A stretch of 64,000 nt of DNA from Octopus sinensis (GCF_006345805.1 NC_043009.1:33356001-33420000), one strand, 5' to 3'; positions 26,160 to 41,176 are shown, counted from the first letter of the stretch. Numbers and translations: made by a program. Notes: a model not told the origin generated them from the sequence alone.

Positions 26160-26420
26160 CAGTGGATTTCGAAGATGGAACCTGAAAGAGGCCTGTCATG
26201 TGCGTGTGTGTGTGTGTGTTTGTGTTTCCCATCAGCGCTTGGCAACTGGTGTTAGTGTTTTTACGTCCTCGTATCGGCTTAAGAAGCCGATACAATAAGT
26301 ACTAAGCGTTAAAAAATAAATACTGGCTCAGTTCACTCGACTAGAAAATAATTCTCCAAGGCGGTGCCCCAGCATGGCCGCAGTCTTATGACTACAGACA
26401 CATGAAAGATAAAAGAAACT
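26160..26420 (+). mobile_element. Group B SINE, 5'-truncated and diverged
   Basis: GTGGATTT..GGAA.CTGAAAGA..GGCGGTGCCCCAGCATGGCCGCAGTC. Confidence 0.8.
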
Positions 26421-26672
26421 TCACTGTTTACAAAATGCAATACATAGACCTTATAGAACCATAACAAAAGAAAAACAATAACCTAAGCCCTCGATAATCA
26501 GAAGTTGGTATTCCGGTGGGTCGGTTCCGGAAAAGGCAAGTTCGTCCTTGCTGCTGACCCACCAGGTATGATTCAGCACCTGGAAAGAGATTTCGACAGC
26601 TAGTAACAGTGTGGTCTGTTGCTGGATCAATGACACTGGTAAGGAGTTTGTGTCCTGGTTCAGTTGAGAGTT

Positions 26673-27567
26673 CCTTCGTTAGTCACCTAACCTTTCCGAA
26701 GATGGTTAGTCACATGATTAGTCACATGGTTAGTCACATGGGCTATTTACACACCCCGATGCAAAAATGTTTATAGCTTTATGTTGTGTCTGGGGAGAGA
26801 CATTCTCTTTTGGTTCCTTATAATTTAACACCTTCACCGGTAATATTTCTACTGATTTCTTTTTTATATATATATTTCTAAAATTTTTGTTGCATCTTGC
26901 AACCTTTTCAATAGTTGTTGACTCTACTGGAAAGGTTGCAAGACGCATTCAGAAAAATAATAAGAAATAAGTGGAAATTTTACCGGTGAAGGTGTTAACT
27001 TATAAGGCTCTAAAAGAGAATGACTCTCCCCAGACAGAACAGAATATGCTTCAACACACAAACTCACATAAAGAATCTTGCAAACCGAATCCCAAAATGA
27101 AATTTATAGTTTTAATATTATCCTCATTTCTGTGGGTTCAGGATTTATCTGCAATCACTGCTGTGGGGTTTGAAACCTTTGTAGCTGATTGATATTAATA
27201 TAAAACAATGCAATAAAATAAATTATAAAATTAAAGGAAAGCTAAAAAAAAAATTGAATTCTGATTATATTTATTTTGATAATACCTACAGAATACACCA
27301 TTTTCTGGAATTTTTTAAATATATGGTGAATATTAGCATTAAAAACATAACCTAACAGGCAATCTCCGTTAAAATATGCATTCAATCAAAACTTGAACTG
27401 CGCTAGTCACGTGGAGTGACTAAACAAAAGCGACCTCTATCTCCCGTGAGAGCTGAGCCACGGCGGCAATACACCCTCACTATGTCAGAAGAGCAGAGGA
27501 AGGGAGCAAAACAAGTTGCCAACTAGAAATTACGAGCATTTAAAATATTTGGGGTGACTAACGAAGG
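26673..27567. mobile_element. Non-autonomous TIR element (piggyBac-like) with subterminal TAGTCAC repeats and an internal palindrome
   Basis: 15-bp TIR CCTTCGTTAGTCACC (26673-26687) / GGTGACTAACGAAGG (27553-27567), followed by TTTAA; palindrome 26787-27036. Confidence 0.7.
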
Positions 27568-28002
27568 TTTAAAGAGATGAAGTGGGACGAGATTACAAAA
27601 ATGGACTAAGAAATAGTCATATGTGAAAGGTCGGGCTGACGTGTCGGACATTAACATCACATACAACTTCTGACTGTCGCGTCTTGTTCTATGTTGCCTC
27701 TAACCAGACCAGATTACAGTGTCCATTGAGGTGTGACATCTCTGGAGATTCTCAGACGCTGAAGCAGAGTGGTCAACCTTTGTAAAGTATATTCTTCAAC
27801 AGTTCGTCTTTTTAAAGGAGCTGCAGTCTTTGATCAATTCTTGGTTAGTGTTTTTTCAATGGTCGGTCAGTGCCTTAGAACTGGTTGACAAAAGGATTCT
27901 AAAACTCAAAGGAATTCATTAAGCAACCACTCTAGCTTCCTCCTCATACGTACATATGTGTGTGTGTCAGCGTGCGCGCGTGTTTGTATGTTCTTTTATT
28001 TT

Positions 28003-28209
28003 TTTATTCTTTTTCTTGTTTCAGTCGTTTGACTGCGGCCATGCTGGGACACAGCCTTTAGTCGAGCAAATCAACCCCAGGACTTATTCTTAGTAAGCCA
28101 AGTACTTATTCTATCTGTCTCTTTTGCCGAAACGCTAAGTTACGGGAACGTAAATACTCCAGCATCGGTTGTCAAGCGATGTTCGGGGGACAAACACAGA
28201 CACACAAAC

Positions 28210-28242
<33 letters not shown>

Positions 28243-28404
28243 TGCGACAGGCTTCTTTCAATTTCCGTCTACTAAATTCCCTCACAAGGCTTTGGTCGGC
28301 AGGTGGCTACAGTAGAAGACACTTGCCCAAGGTACCACGCAGTGGGACTGAACCCAGAACAATGTGGTTAGGAAGCAAGCTACTTACCACACACCCACTC
28401 CTGC
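28003..28404 (-). mobile_element. Group B SINE, full length
   Basis: Antisense match to 8731-9115. Confidence 0.92.
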
Positions 28405-28804
28405 GCCTTTTATACGTTTATGTATTTGCTTTGAAAGATTCCTGACCATTCCTAAATATAAATATATACCCATACATTTACACACACACACACAATCACG
28501 TATTTACCTCTACATACCGCTCCCCACAAATACTCAGCCACGTGCCACAGATTACACGCATTCGGTCACATACACACACACACACTATTCACCTATATGC
28601 AAACTTACATATACATGCCCACACACACACACACATATACACACGCACACACACACATACACACACACGCACACACACACGCACACATACACACACATGC
28701 ACACACACACACACTAACTACATAGATTCGTTTCAATCATTTCCTCCCCTTTTTTGTTGTTGTTTTCCTTTTTTATTTACGTTCTGGTCTTTGTTGATTT
28801 TGTC

Positions 28805-29448
28805 ATTATCATCAGCAGCATCAGCATCGTATTCAACAACACCGCCACCATCATTTCCATCGCCGCCACCGTCCTACTCATCCCTCGTCACCACACTCTA
28901 CCACCCTCATCATCAACACACCCCGTCACCATCACCACGTCTCCACCACTAACATAACCAATTACCCCCCACCGCTACCATCGTCTCCACCATCCCTACC
29001 AACACCTCCACTACCACCAATCACTACAACACTGTCCACAACCGACAACAGCCGCCACCACTACCATCACCATTGCGACACCACTGCAACTACCACCACC
29101 ACTACCATCTCCAAGACTACCACTACTGTCACAGCCACCGAAACTGCCAATAATATCGATGTAGTTATTGCTATATTCTTTAATATCAAAATCAATTTTA
29201 AAAATACCTCTCTTTCTCTCCCTCTCACTCACTATTTGTCTCTCTCACTCTCTCTCCCTCTCCCACTCTCTCACTCTCTCTCTCTCTCTCTCTCCTCCCT
29301 CTCTCTCTCCCTCCTGTTTACCGTAATTGAAGAGAAATGGTTAGAAATTTAAAGAAGTAGAATAAAACAAATTTGTGCCACAACCTACTGGAAGCCTTTT
29401 TCTCGCTCTGTCTCCCTTTCTCTATCTCCCTCTCTCTCTCTCTCACTC

Positions 29449-29535
<87 letters not shown>

Positions 29536-30238
29536 TCACATTTTATTTCGAACCATTTCCCGCTATTAATGGACAACCAAAAAACAACGTTTATTAAACA
29601 TATTTTCAACAAACCAATCAGATCACTACACAAAATTACTTCCATTTTCATCAATTTTACTACTACCCACCACCACTACCACTATGACTACCACCTCTGC
29701 TACTACCACCACCGCCACTATTGCTACTACTACTACTACTACTACTACTACTAATTATTATTATTATTATTATCATCATCATCATCATCATCATTATAAT
29801 CATTTTCATTGGTTAAAAATTAATTCTATTCTGAATGGTCGCCCGTTTCCCTTGTATAGTTTCACAATAAAATTCCTCTTATCAATAGGCAGCCTTAAGG
29901 TATTTCAAAGAATTCTACCTTTTCTTTCTGTACAGCAGATGTCTGACAGAGAGAGACAGACGGACAGACAGGCAGAAGAGATAGTGTAAGAGAGAGAGAT
30001 AAAGAGAGAGAGAGAGTGATAGAGGGGAAGTTTTGAGTGTCTTGTGTTTAATAAACATGGTTTTTCGCGATTGCTCTTGTATTTCACAGTTATTAGTTTA
30101 TTTCTACAAGATTGCTTAGATAGTTCACTGTCATTACCATTATTAGTGTAATCATCATCATCATTATCATCTTTGTCATCGCTGTCATCATCATCATCAT
30201 CATCATTATTATTATTATTATCATTATCATTATTTTAA

Positions 30239-30309
<71 letters not shown>

Positions 30310-30310
30310 C
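28805..30310. repeat. Mosaic of (CAC/CAT)n, (CT)n, (TAC/TAT)n and (GA)n tracts with short unique islands
   Basis: Direct reading. Confidence 0.9.
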
Positions 30311-32377
30311 TTGTTGTATTCTTTGTTGCCATTTCTATCTTCAATTGTTATGAGATTTATTTGTGTCTGGATTTAATTTTGGCTGGTTTATTCTTTATTT
30401 AATCAATTTAAAATGAGATTTTCTGTAAATTTATCGTTTTATTGAAGATTTGTAGTCGTCTAGGAATAATCTGGGAAGAATTTGGTTTATAGAAAAAAAA
30501 ATTACAGCTGTGACTTGTGAGGACTAGGTCGTTTATCCATCGCGACGCTGCCGGTAAAAAAATTTGTTAATCGTGCACGTACCATCATAAACTTTTCAAC
30601 GTGAAATCCGCGTTGTGTTGTCTAAATGTTGAAAGAAGCGTGCATACACACAGACACTCACAAACAAACAAACAACCCAAAACTAACTACTTATATAATA
30701 TATATACAAATAACTTCTTTTTAATTTTGTGCTGTGTTATGTCGACAGATTTGCACTTAAAATTCCCGCGTTTATTAACAAAACTTGTCAGTTACTATGT
30801 TGACAACACTACCTGTCTATCTATCATTCACTCTCTCTTTCGCTCTCACACTTTCTGTCTCTCTCTCTTGCTCTCTCTCTCTCTCTCTCTTTCTATCTAT
30901 CTATCTATCTCTATCTCTATCTTTCTCTCTCAATCTCTCTTTATATTTCTCTCTCACGAACATCTTTTCTCCTCACTTCTATTCATAATGGGAATCTTTT
31001 AAATTCTATGTTGCATTGTCTATACTTTGAAAGACACAGTAGAACACACACACACACACACACACACCACACACACACACACAAACATTGAAAGTAACCA
31101 TATTGCATTAATCGTCTTAACATGTATATTCTCCTTTGTTTGTCGTAATATTTTCTTTTGTGTTGTCGACAAAAGTCGGCTAGAATTCATCCATAAAAAG
31201 CATATTCTTCAACAGTGATATTAACACCTCAATATTCCCCACGTCTATTTTTGCCCCTCTTCCCCTCGCCTCTCTCTTTCTCTCTCTCTCTCTCACCTTC
31301 TTTCTCTCCTTTTGAAGAACAAGTGTCCAAAACTTTCCACTTTTTACACCTCACAAGTAATTACTGCACATTAGTTTGCTTTCTACACATCTATAATAAT
31401 GGAAGTAATGTTTCGTAAAGAATGGTATTTTTAACGGAGATTTGGTGTGAAGTTAACAACCTTTCAGGAGACTTCAAAAGAATCCGTCATCAGCTTTCTG
31501 AGATGTCATTTCAATAGCAGGGCCAACAAGGGCTTTTACCATCTAAAAATGAAAAAGTTCCACCATACAATTTATTTCACTTTGTTTTGATTGTTCTTAA
31601 AGCAATGATTGAACCATGTGGTTAGTTCTTTCATCTCGTGTAGGAGAAAAGAAGCATGTGAAGAATATAAATCGTTCTTTTACTCTCGGTAATAAAGAAA
31701 AATTCAAAGAAATGTATATTTTTTCATACATATTTACTTAAGTGTCTCTACAGACAGTTGTTTCAATATATCGTACCTCATCAGTCCAAAGAGCTTGATC
31801 ATTTTTTATACTCGTATTATATTCAAACAGCTCAACATGCAAGAAGAATAGATGACAATTGATAAATTGGTTTTTAAAATTGATTAGTAACGTTTTCCAA
31901 TAGTAAGAACAATTTAAAATGACAGAATTTTTTAACGTAAATAAGCAAAGAATGAAGAATGAAAGCTACATAATTTCCGCTGCTATAGATTTAAAGAAGC
32001 TGATCACACGTTCAAATCTTGAGGAAATTTGGAAAAATTATCCATTGCAACATATTATTTTACCACAAATTTTATAATAAATGTAAATGTTTTCAACGAT
32101 TGTACAAGTTTTGAAACAGATAATTAACTTTGTGATAAAATATTTAACTTGAAGAGAATATTAAAAAAATAGTAATATGCGACGGACAAAAACCGTGGAC
32201 AACTTATTGAAAATATTCGTTCCTTTGTCTCGACGTATAACATTCCAGGGATGACTATTTTCTGCCCTAGTGTTTATCTTGCTTCTAGTTTGCAGCAGTA
32301 TACATGAATGCAGACTGGTGCCAGTGAGGCGCTCGTTCCGCTGGATATCAAATGCACATCCCAAGTATATATGCATG

Positions 32378-32412
<35 letters not shown>

Positions 32413-32482
32413 ATGTGTGTATATATATACATATATATATACATATATATATATACACATATATATATACATATGTATACAT

Positions 32483-32517
<35 letters not shown>

Positions 32518-33189
32518 ATATATATATATATATATAAAATGTATCATATATCATATGAAATGCATTCGAGCAAACTTTTTCCGATTTTGAAATGATTGTC
32601 TATTTGAATCCATAAAATCATTCATCTTCCGACGGGCTCAACATCTGAACTTGTTTACTTATCTACATTTCATAATATGAAATTTGCATATTGTACGAAG
32701 ATAATTTTGCATATATTTAGCGCTTCTCCAGTTTTGCAATTGTAAGGCCTTCACTTAAGAGCGTTTTACTTTACCCCGAAAAAATTCTGTCCAATAGTCT
32801 TAAGGCCACATGTGTCATTTCTCCCAGTGACTGAGGGACCGGTGCATGCGTCTCATTTTCGGTAATGTCTTTAACTTGGTTGATAAATCTTCATTCAAAG
32901 AGAATCTGTTATTCGCTGATGCTTACATTCTATGGTAATATTTATCTGCGAAAGTTACAAACATAAACGCATACATATAAATACGTTTACATAGTCTTAT
33001 AAACATAGGTTCATATATGTATATACACAAAAACACACAAAGGGGATTGATGGGAGGCAAGTGGCTGGAAGGAATGACGAATGAATGTATATATATACAT
33101 ACATATTCATATATATATGCATGTATATATACATAGAGAGAGATAGGTAGATAGATAGATAGGTAGATAGATACGCATATGTGTGTGTT

Positions 33190-33231
<42 letters not shown>

Positions 33232-33691
33232 GATATACATATGCATAAATATATACATATATACATACATATAATTATGCATGTATGTATTCATCCATGT
33301 ATGTATGTGTATTTGCCTACCTGCCTGTTTTTCTCTTTTACTGAGAAATCAATGATAACATTTTAATATTTTGGTAAAATATTAGTAAAATGTCATGAAT
33401 CAACTAAAAGAGAACAAATTTTGACTTGGATTTAATATCATCTGAAATGATTCTAAAACTCACTCTTTTACTTTATTCAATGCACTAAAATGGACAGTCA
33501 GGTATTTTAGTTTTCAAAGGTGAAATTACTTAACTCCTCTATTCCAAAAATATTCCCCAAAAGCAAACTATTTTGAAATAATATTCTTATGAATGCAATC
33601 TTCAATTTTCAACATAAAAGATTTACTGAAATTGAAATGGTGCCTTTGATGGTAAGAAAAAGTAAAACGAATTCCTGTGTAAATACATACG

Positions 33692-33741
<50 letters not shown>

Positions 33742-33782
33742 GTATGTATTTACACAAGGAATTATATATATATATACATTTA

Positions 33783-33848
<66 letters not shown>

Positions 33849-36019
33849 TACACACATATATATGTATGTATATATGCATGGATATTTTTATGTAAACATA
33901 CATATGGGCATATATATTTATATATATACATACATACCATACATACATACATACATACATACATACATACTTATATTTGTATATATACATATGTATGTAT
34001 TCATGCCTATATTTATGTATTTATGCATGTATGTATTTATGTATACCCTTTAGTGTTTCAGAAACAAATAATCAAATAGATATCTTAAATAAAACCACTT
34101 CTTTCTTCTTTATTATGATAAATTTGATTAGAATGTAGAACTTTTTTGCATTTATTACTTTCAGAGTAAAACATTTTAGAAATAAATAGCTATTTCCTTT
34201 GTATGTTGATAATAAATTATTAGGAATTTATTTCCAGATTTTTATATTTATTTTTGCGTTTTCGTTTTCAACGCCAATTTCGGAAGTCAATTGGGCATGT
34301 ATTTTGAAAGATTTTTATTACATTCCTTGATTTTTAGCATTTTACTGAGGATATGTAATAATTTCTTCAATTTTACCTATCAATGGCAAAGACAGGTGAA
34401 TGCTTTGATAGTTTTGTAAACATTTTCTCAATTAATAAAAAAATAACTAGATTTTAGTTGGTTCTCCTCTTGATGTAATTTCTATAAATATTCAACAGCA
34501 CATACATTTTTTATTTATTTTTTGTCACAAACATGTAAATAATTTTCACAGTGTACTGTTAATATTTCAAAAACTGGCAACATTTTCAGAAAATATTCCA
34601 AATGGCTTGTTCTACACATTGTCTTTCTGTAGAATACTTTGAGCCAACTTTTAACTGCTAAATTATCTTAAGGTCAAAATTCTTAAACATTTTCTTCCAA
34701 TAAAGTCCCCGAGGCTTCTTTATATTCTTTTTAACTAGTCAACAAAGTAATGACCTTGTCGTATAAAGACATACTTTACCATTCAAATATATTTCTTAGA
34801 CTTGATATAATACTTTTTTATGCTCTACCGTTTATTTCAAATCATACAGGTTCTGCCAGTTTTAATGATGGCACTAGGACGTTACTTTAAACAACAGGTC
34901 CCTCTGTCTAATATTGGTGGCTTATAAATACAAGTTGGGTCCCAAAGGATGGATTTTCCAACTATCAGAAAGGCTGTGGTAGGAGACGGGATTTGATCTC
35001 ATAACATGAAGAGACGAGACAGATACCCACAAGCTACTTCATCCGAGACTCTGACGATTGTGTCAAACCACCTCTCTTATTTGCTACTTTATTTTTTGAC
35101 CCCTAGAACAATGACATAAAGAGTTAACTGGAGGTGAATTTGATCTTTGAATGTAGATATCACATTCGGATACTGCAAAGCATTCCATCCGATGCTTTAA
35201 CGATTCAGCCATGTCACAGCCTTCCACTATTTTGATTTTACCTCATCAAATCAACCAGTCAGGATGGCAAGATTCTTAACGGATCATTTGTCATTTCAAA
35301 AATATAATTATATTTTTCTGAGAACTGAGAGTGTTTTGTCATATCTCTTATGTACCAAACGCGAATGAATTTTCAAAAATTATTCCATGGAACAAACTGG
35401 GGCATTGGTTGCGAACTTAAATTAAAATAGATACTTTTCACTCACATAAACTTAACCCCTTTTCATTTAAAAATAATTCTACAAAAGAAGGGAGTCTAAA
35501 CAAGCAGATGATCTTCCTACAAACAAGAGCCAAATCTCTCTCAAATCAAATCATTTCGTTATAAGATAAGGAAATACAATTTGGATAATGTATTTCTAGA
35601 TGCACCATGTTTGGATGAAAGATGTGTTGATCATAGATGGAACCTTCGGTCATAGAGTTACTGGATAAGGACGAAACTGGAGGTAAGAGTTAACTTTGTG
35701 ATATACAGCAATGATTGTCAATTAGAAATATACTAACGTATTATTCTTTACAGAATTCTACAGATAATTACTTTGATACATAAACATTTGTAAAAGAATT
35801 GTATATCAAAGTGACTACCTATAACATTTTGTGTACCTTGACTGAGTCCCTACTGATGAGACGATTCCCTCAAAAAATGGAAAAATGTTGAATGAGAGGT
35901 TGGCAATTCCTTGTCATCTAAGATGATACATAAAGCCTCCAAAGAAATCAGATGTGGCTGGCAAGGACCAATATGAACGGTTCAGAACAACTAAGAATTT
36001 GGGAAATATATTTTACTTT

Positions 36020-36430
36020 CGATAATGTTAATTTCGTTAATTGATTATATAGTATATTCGATAATGTTAATTTCGTTAATTGATTATATATATTATATTG
36101 GATAATGTTAATTTTGATACTTTAAAATGTAATATAAGATAATATTAATTTCGATATTTTAAAATACATTGATTTTGGCACAAGACCAGCAAGCTCAGGA
36201 TAGGAGGGTAAATCGATTACATTGACCCCAGTGCATCCGTATGGATGAAAGGCAAAGGCGACCTCAGTGAAATTTGAACTGAGAACGTAAAAACGGACGA
36301 AATGCCGCCAAGCATTTTGTCCGGCGTTCTAACGATTCTGCCATCTCGCCGCATTATTTTAAGATATAATATTGGACAATGTTAATTCTGATATTTTAAA
36401 ATATATTTGATAATGTTAATTTTAATATGC
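36020..36430. repeat. ~40-bp AT-rich minisatellite (GATAATGTTAATTT..) split by a SINE
   Basis: Units at 36021, 36060, 36101, 36138, 36375, 36408. Confidence 0.75.
36175..36352 (-). mobile_element. Group A SINE with internal deletion
   Basis: Ends CTAACGATTCTGCCATCTCGCCGC on +. Confidence 0.88.
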
Positions 36431-37260
36431 ACAAGAAATAGAGTAAAGTGATGAATGACAGCAGGTATCCATTGGTCGGGAATGACGGAGGAAACTTTGA
36501 GAATCTCAGTAATAAGGTGTAAGAATCGTGACATGACAGACTCAGGCTATATGATTAGGTGTGCTGTATGAAGCTCCCAGCCGATGACGTCAGCAAAGAA
36601 AAAACACAGATGCTATGACGATGATGATGGGGACAATGTTGGAAATACCATTTATGAAAAAAATCGTTTTATTGCAAATGAAATATAATTGGTCAAATTT
36701 TGATGTTTACTTTCCTATTAGTGTTTTTATGCTATAATACATTTTACTTGTCTACCTTAAAATGTTAGCACATCGTAAAAGGCATTTAAAACCATAACCA
36801 AGATACAATTATCCATTCATGAAATATTAGAGTACATAATATTCTATTATTTCTCTATGAGAGTTCAATAAAATATTTCTATTAAATATATTGAAGGAAA
36901 TAGCGTAAGCTTTTAAATGATCTATTAAATTGTAATCTAGATAAGTCATGGTTTTTTAGACACTTTTTTAATGTCTGAGCAATGCTTTTAAAGAGATCAA
37001 GACAAAATGAAACATATGATCTTGTCAAAGACCAAAAGTATTAGAATACAGCGATGATTGCTAGCTGTCATCAATCAAAAACGAATTCAGCTTCTCTTTA
37101 CCAATTTTTATTACATTAGCGGTTGGACCTGTGTAGAGGGCACAGGAAAGGGCAGGAATATATTTTATTAAAGAAATTTCTTTTCCGTACAGAACTAACT
37201 GTATTATCTTTCACACCTTCCTAACGATAGTGTGTGTATATGTGAGAGAGAGAGAGAGAG

Positions 37261-37361
<101 letters not shown>

Positions 37362-40009
37362 AAATAACTGCTGGCTGAGACAATAGAATGGTGTCCAACC
37401 AGTCTGAAAGCTTCATGGTTCATATAATGGTACTAACACTACACAAATCAATGTAGCAACATTTATGTATTTGCTCCATCTACTAGAAATAGCAGTCAAA
37501 CCGCTGTCAGATTGTTGTCATAGAAAAAGGACACATTACATAACCTAAAATGATTTAAATCTACCAACTAAACACATGCCTACTATTAGTGGGATCGAAT
37601 CTGTTGAAAATAACTGTTTTTTCTCATCAGCGTCAGAGGCCCTTGACAGGTTCATGGGCAACAGCCGTTTCTCTTGTGTCTTAGCCTTTCAAAAACTAAA
37701 TATTTGGCATGGTTATATCTGGGAATGCCTTTGTTCACAGGTTTACAGGATCATAATTCACACCTAACTGAGCAATGATAACAACTCTATACTGGATTGA
37801 TGACCAAGACATTTAACTCTCAATAATCCTATTGACATTGTTCAAGGAATGATGAACTCCATGTTCTAAGTACCACAACCGCTGTGTAAGTAATAAAAGT
37901 TTTCTTATTGTCCAGACTTAATTTCACTATAGAAGTAAGCGTTATACCTTTGCGAATGAGGTTTAATAAATCCGAAATACGTGTGGTTTTCACAGTGTCT
38001 GAAAAAGTTTAATAAAACCTAAGCATATCTTGAATTATCTCCCTTGTCTTCAAAAGATCGGGCTATTTTCAGCATCACCATATTAATTATTTACTGAAGA
38101 AGTCTAATAGGCCTCAAAAATCTCAGAGTTATCACCCCTTGCCTGCTAAAGATCCCACTGTTACTCTCACTGAGAGTTATCGGTACTTGTCTACTAAAGA
38201 ACAGGCTACTTTCTCCCTCACTGCGTTATATAATCCCACAAGTCAAGGAAGGTACCTCTTCATGTTTAAGCTGCTAAAATTAGTTACCTAATATCCCTCA
38301 AATTACACATTATCCTTCTTAGAAAAGACACTTTTGGACAACACTGGTTTTCCTACACATAGTAAAAGAAGGGATGGCCATGGCTGGAATTTCTTTGAGC
38401 AAAGTACCTCTCAGTCTTGGCTAAGGTGGACCTAAACAAATTATTTAATTAATTGTAACTCCGGTGCATCAATTCATTAAATTTTTTTTTTAGTTGTTCT
38501 CCTTGATTATGTTTGGTTTAGTTAACCTTTGTTCAACAAAGCTCACTGTCTTAAATACAAAGCATTGATTAATTAAATTATTTGTGGTCAGCACATAAAT
38601 TAAGTTAGACCTTTGTTAATTTTCCACAATAAAGTAATTGGAAGCCGACGTGTATAAATAGTAGTTCTGTCACCCAAAGAGTTGTGGAATTCATTTTCAA
38701 ATGTTAAATATCAGTTTTTCATGAAATGTGATATTTGTCATCATTTCGAATCCAAAGACATCACCTCCAAAATATCATTGAGTGACATTTCCGTTAGTGG
38801 ACCCCTAGGAGTACGTTGTGTGAAAATATTCGCATTGTTTCTCTTGGTATCCGATGCTGATGAAAGCAAATGAGTTTAAAATGCATTCATGAGTTCGACA
38901 GATGGCGCTATGAGCTGATTTGGTATTTTAACACTTTTTTGTGACAAGCGAGAATATTTTATTCATAACAAACTGCAGTGAAAAGCCTGTTCCAAGCTCA
39001 AATATTTCTCACCTATATTTTAATTGATCTAAAATTCGTATCTCGTTTTTTATGTATTCGTTTACAGATCTTGATAAGACAGTTTGATTATGTTACAGTT
39101 TTTGAATAATGGCATCGATATCGTTCTGTGGTTAAAGCTGTTTCAAGCGCAGCACTCGAACTTATATGAAAGCTTTCGATTGCCTTTGATTTTGTCCCAT
39201 TGTTAACATTGCTTAAAGCGTACAACTCACACACATATTGTGGCAATTAGAATAATACTTTAGACTGCCTTTTCTATACTCGCTGCTCTACATGTCATAA
39301 CGCATACTTTTTAATTGTTTTACACTGTGTGAAAATATTTTCCTTATCTATTCTCTAACACATTCTAATTTTCACATGTATTCAAGTAACTTTTATAAAT
39401 ATATTTAGTGACTCTCTTATCATAACTAACTCCGACTAATACAGCAAAGTCTGTGCCTCACTGAGAAGGTCTAATAAGGAACAAACATATACAAATTTAA
39501 CTCCTATAGTTGTCGGAATAAATCAATATTTGAATCTTTAACTAGTATTATAATAATTCCTATTTCTAGTTAACTTTTTTTAATATACTCATGCTGACAC
39601 AAACCATTCTCTAGTTCTTCAAATTGAGATTCAATTTATGGCGAGATTGTCGAGTGTATCAAGCTTTTTCTCCTTTTTCCTTCATTTAAAAAACTAAAGA
39701 ATGGAATTTAGTTGATGCAGATTCAATGAATCATCTTAGACTATTGTCTGAAAACATTATAATATGCTTGGAAATATTTCCAATTTTACCAAAATTAATT
39801 CAAATACAGAATTTGATTTAATTGAATTGTTATAAGTAGAATAAAGAATAAATATAGTTAGCAATAGTTCCAGAACACTTTATTTATTGAGCAATTTACA
39901 ATAGATTTGCTTTAGATTTGTGTGAATGAAAATGTGTTCTAGATAGGTACATATATGTACAGAATCTTGAGGTAGGTATAAAGATAGATAGATACATACA
40001 TAGATACAT

Positions 40010-40088
40010 ACATACATGCATGCATGCATACATACATACATACATACATACATACATACATACATACATACATACATACATACATACA

Positions 40089-40122
<34 letters not shown>

Positions 40123-40248
40123 CATTCATACATACATAAATACATACATACAAACATACATACATACAAACATACATACATACATACATACATACATACA
40201 TACATACATACATACATACATACATACATACATACATACATACATACA
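40010..40248. repeat. (TACA)n microsatellite
   Basis: Direct reading. Confidence 0.97.
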
Positions 40249-40259
40249 TTGACAGATGT

Positions 40260-40592
40260 ATAAAGGATCGTGGGTAAGGCCAGAACAATGCGAAGTAAAT
40301 GCAAGGTAAATCACAAGAAAGCAAATATGTGAATTAATGTAGATGTACCTTGTATTCAATATTTCGGGGTTACGACTCCATTTTCAAGAAATTGACGAAT
40401 GTTGCCGATGTACGCTCACACACGCGCACATCGGCAACATTCGTCAATTTCTTGAAAATGGGGTCATAACCCCAAAATATAACACCGAAATATTGAATAC
40501 AAGGTACGTCTACATTAATTCATATATTTGTTTTCTTGTGATTTACCTTGCATTTACTTCGCATTGTTATGGCCTGACCCACGATCTTTTAT
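40260..40592. repeat. Long near-perfect fold-back palindrome
   Basis: Arms 40260-40415 and 40424-40592, 8-nt loop TCACACAC, right arm has a ~14-nt insertion. Confidence 0.95.
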
Positions 40593-40635
40593 CCAATATA
40601 TTCTACACAATGCTTCATAGTAATTATTCCATTAT

Positions 40636-40636
<1 letters not shown>

Positions 40637-40683
<47 letters not shown>

Positions 40684-40684
40684 C

Positions 40685-40779
<95 letters not shown>

Positions 40780-40796
40780 CAGATAGATAGATAGAT

Positions 40797-40837
<41 letters not shown>

Positions 40838-40838
40838 G

Positions 40839-40910
<72 letters not shown>

Positions 40911-40918
40911 CAGATAGA
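40637..40918. repeat. (GATA)n microsatellite
   Basis: Direct reading. Confidence 0.97.
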
Positions 40919-41098
40919 CAGGCACACTTCGAAATGAAATATTATTTTGAAGGCAACATCGTGAACCTCGAAGTAAACAACTGCTGAAATCTCAGTTCTT
41001 CTACTGTTGCTCTTTCCTTTATCTCAACTTTATATGTTGAGTACTATCTCCTTATGTTTATATTGATAAGGATGTGTGTATGTGTATGAATATATACA

Positions 41099-41134
<36 letters not shown>

Positions 41135-41176
41135 TGTATGTATGTATGTATGTATGTACGTGTATATATATACGTT

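Noticed and set aside
35846-35875. CTGATGAG followed by a partial stem
   Set aside because: No GAAA box or cleavage triplet; at best a decayed relic.
36585-36592. Perfect CRE palindrome TGACGTCA
   Set aside because: A single 8-mer is expected about once by chance in 64 kb, and there is no supporting context.
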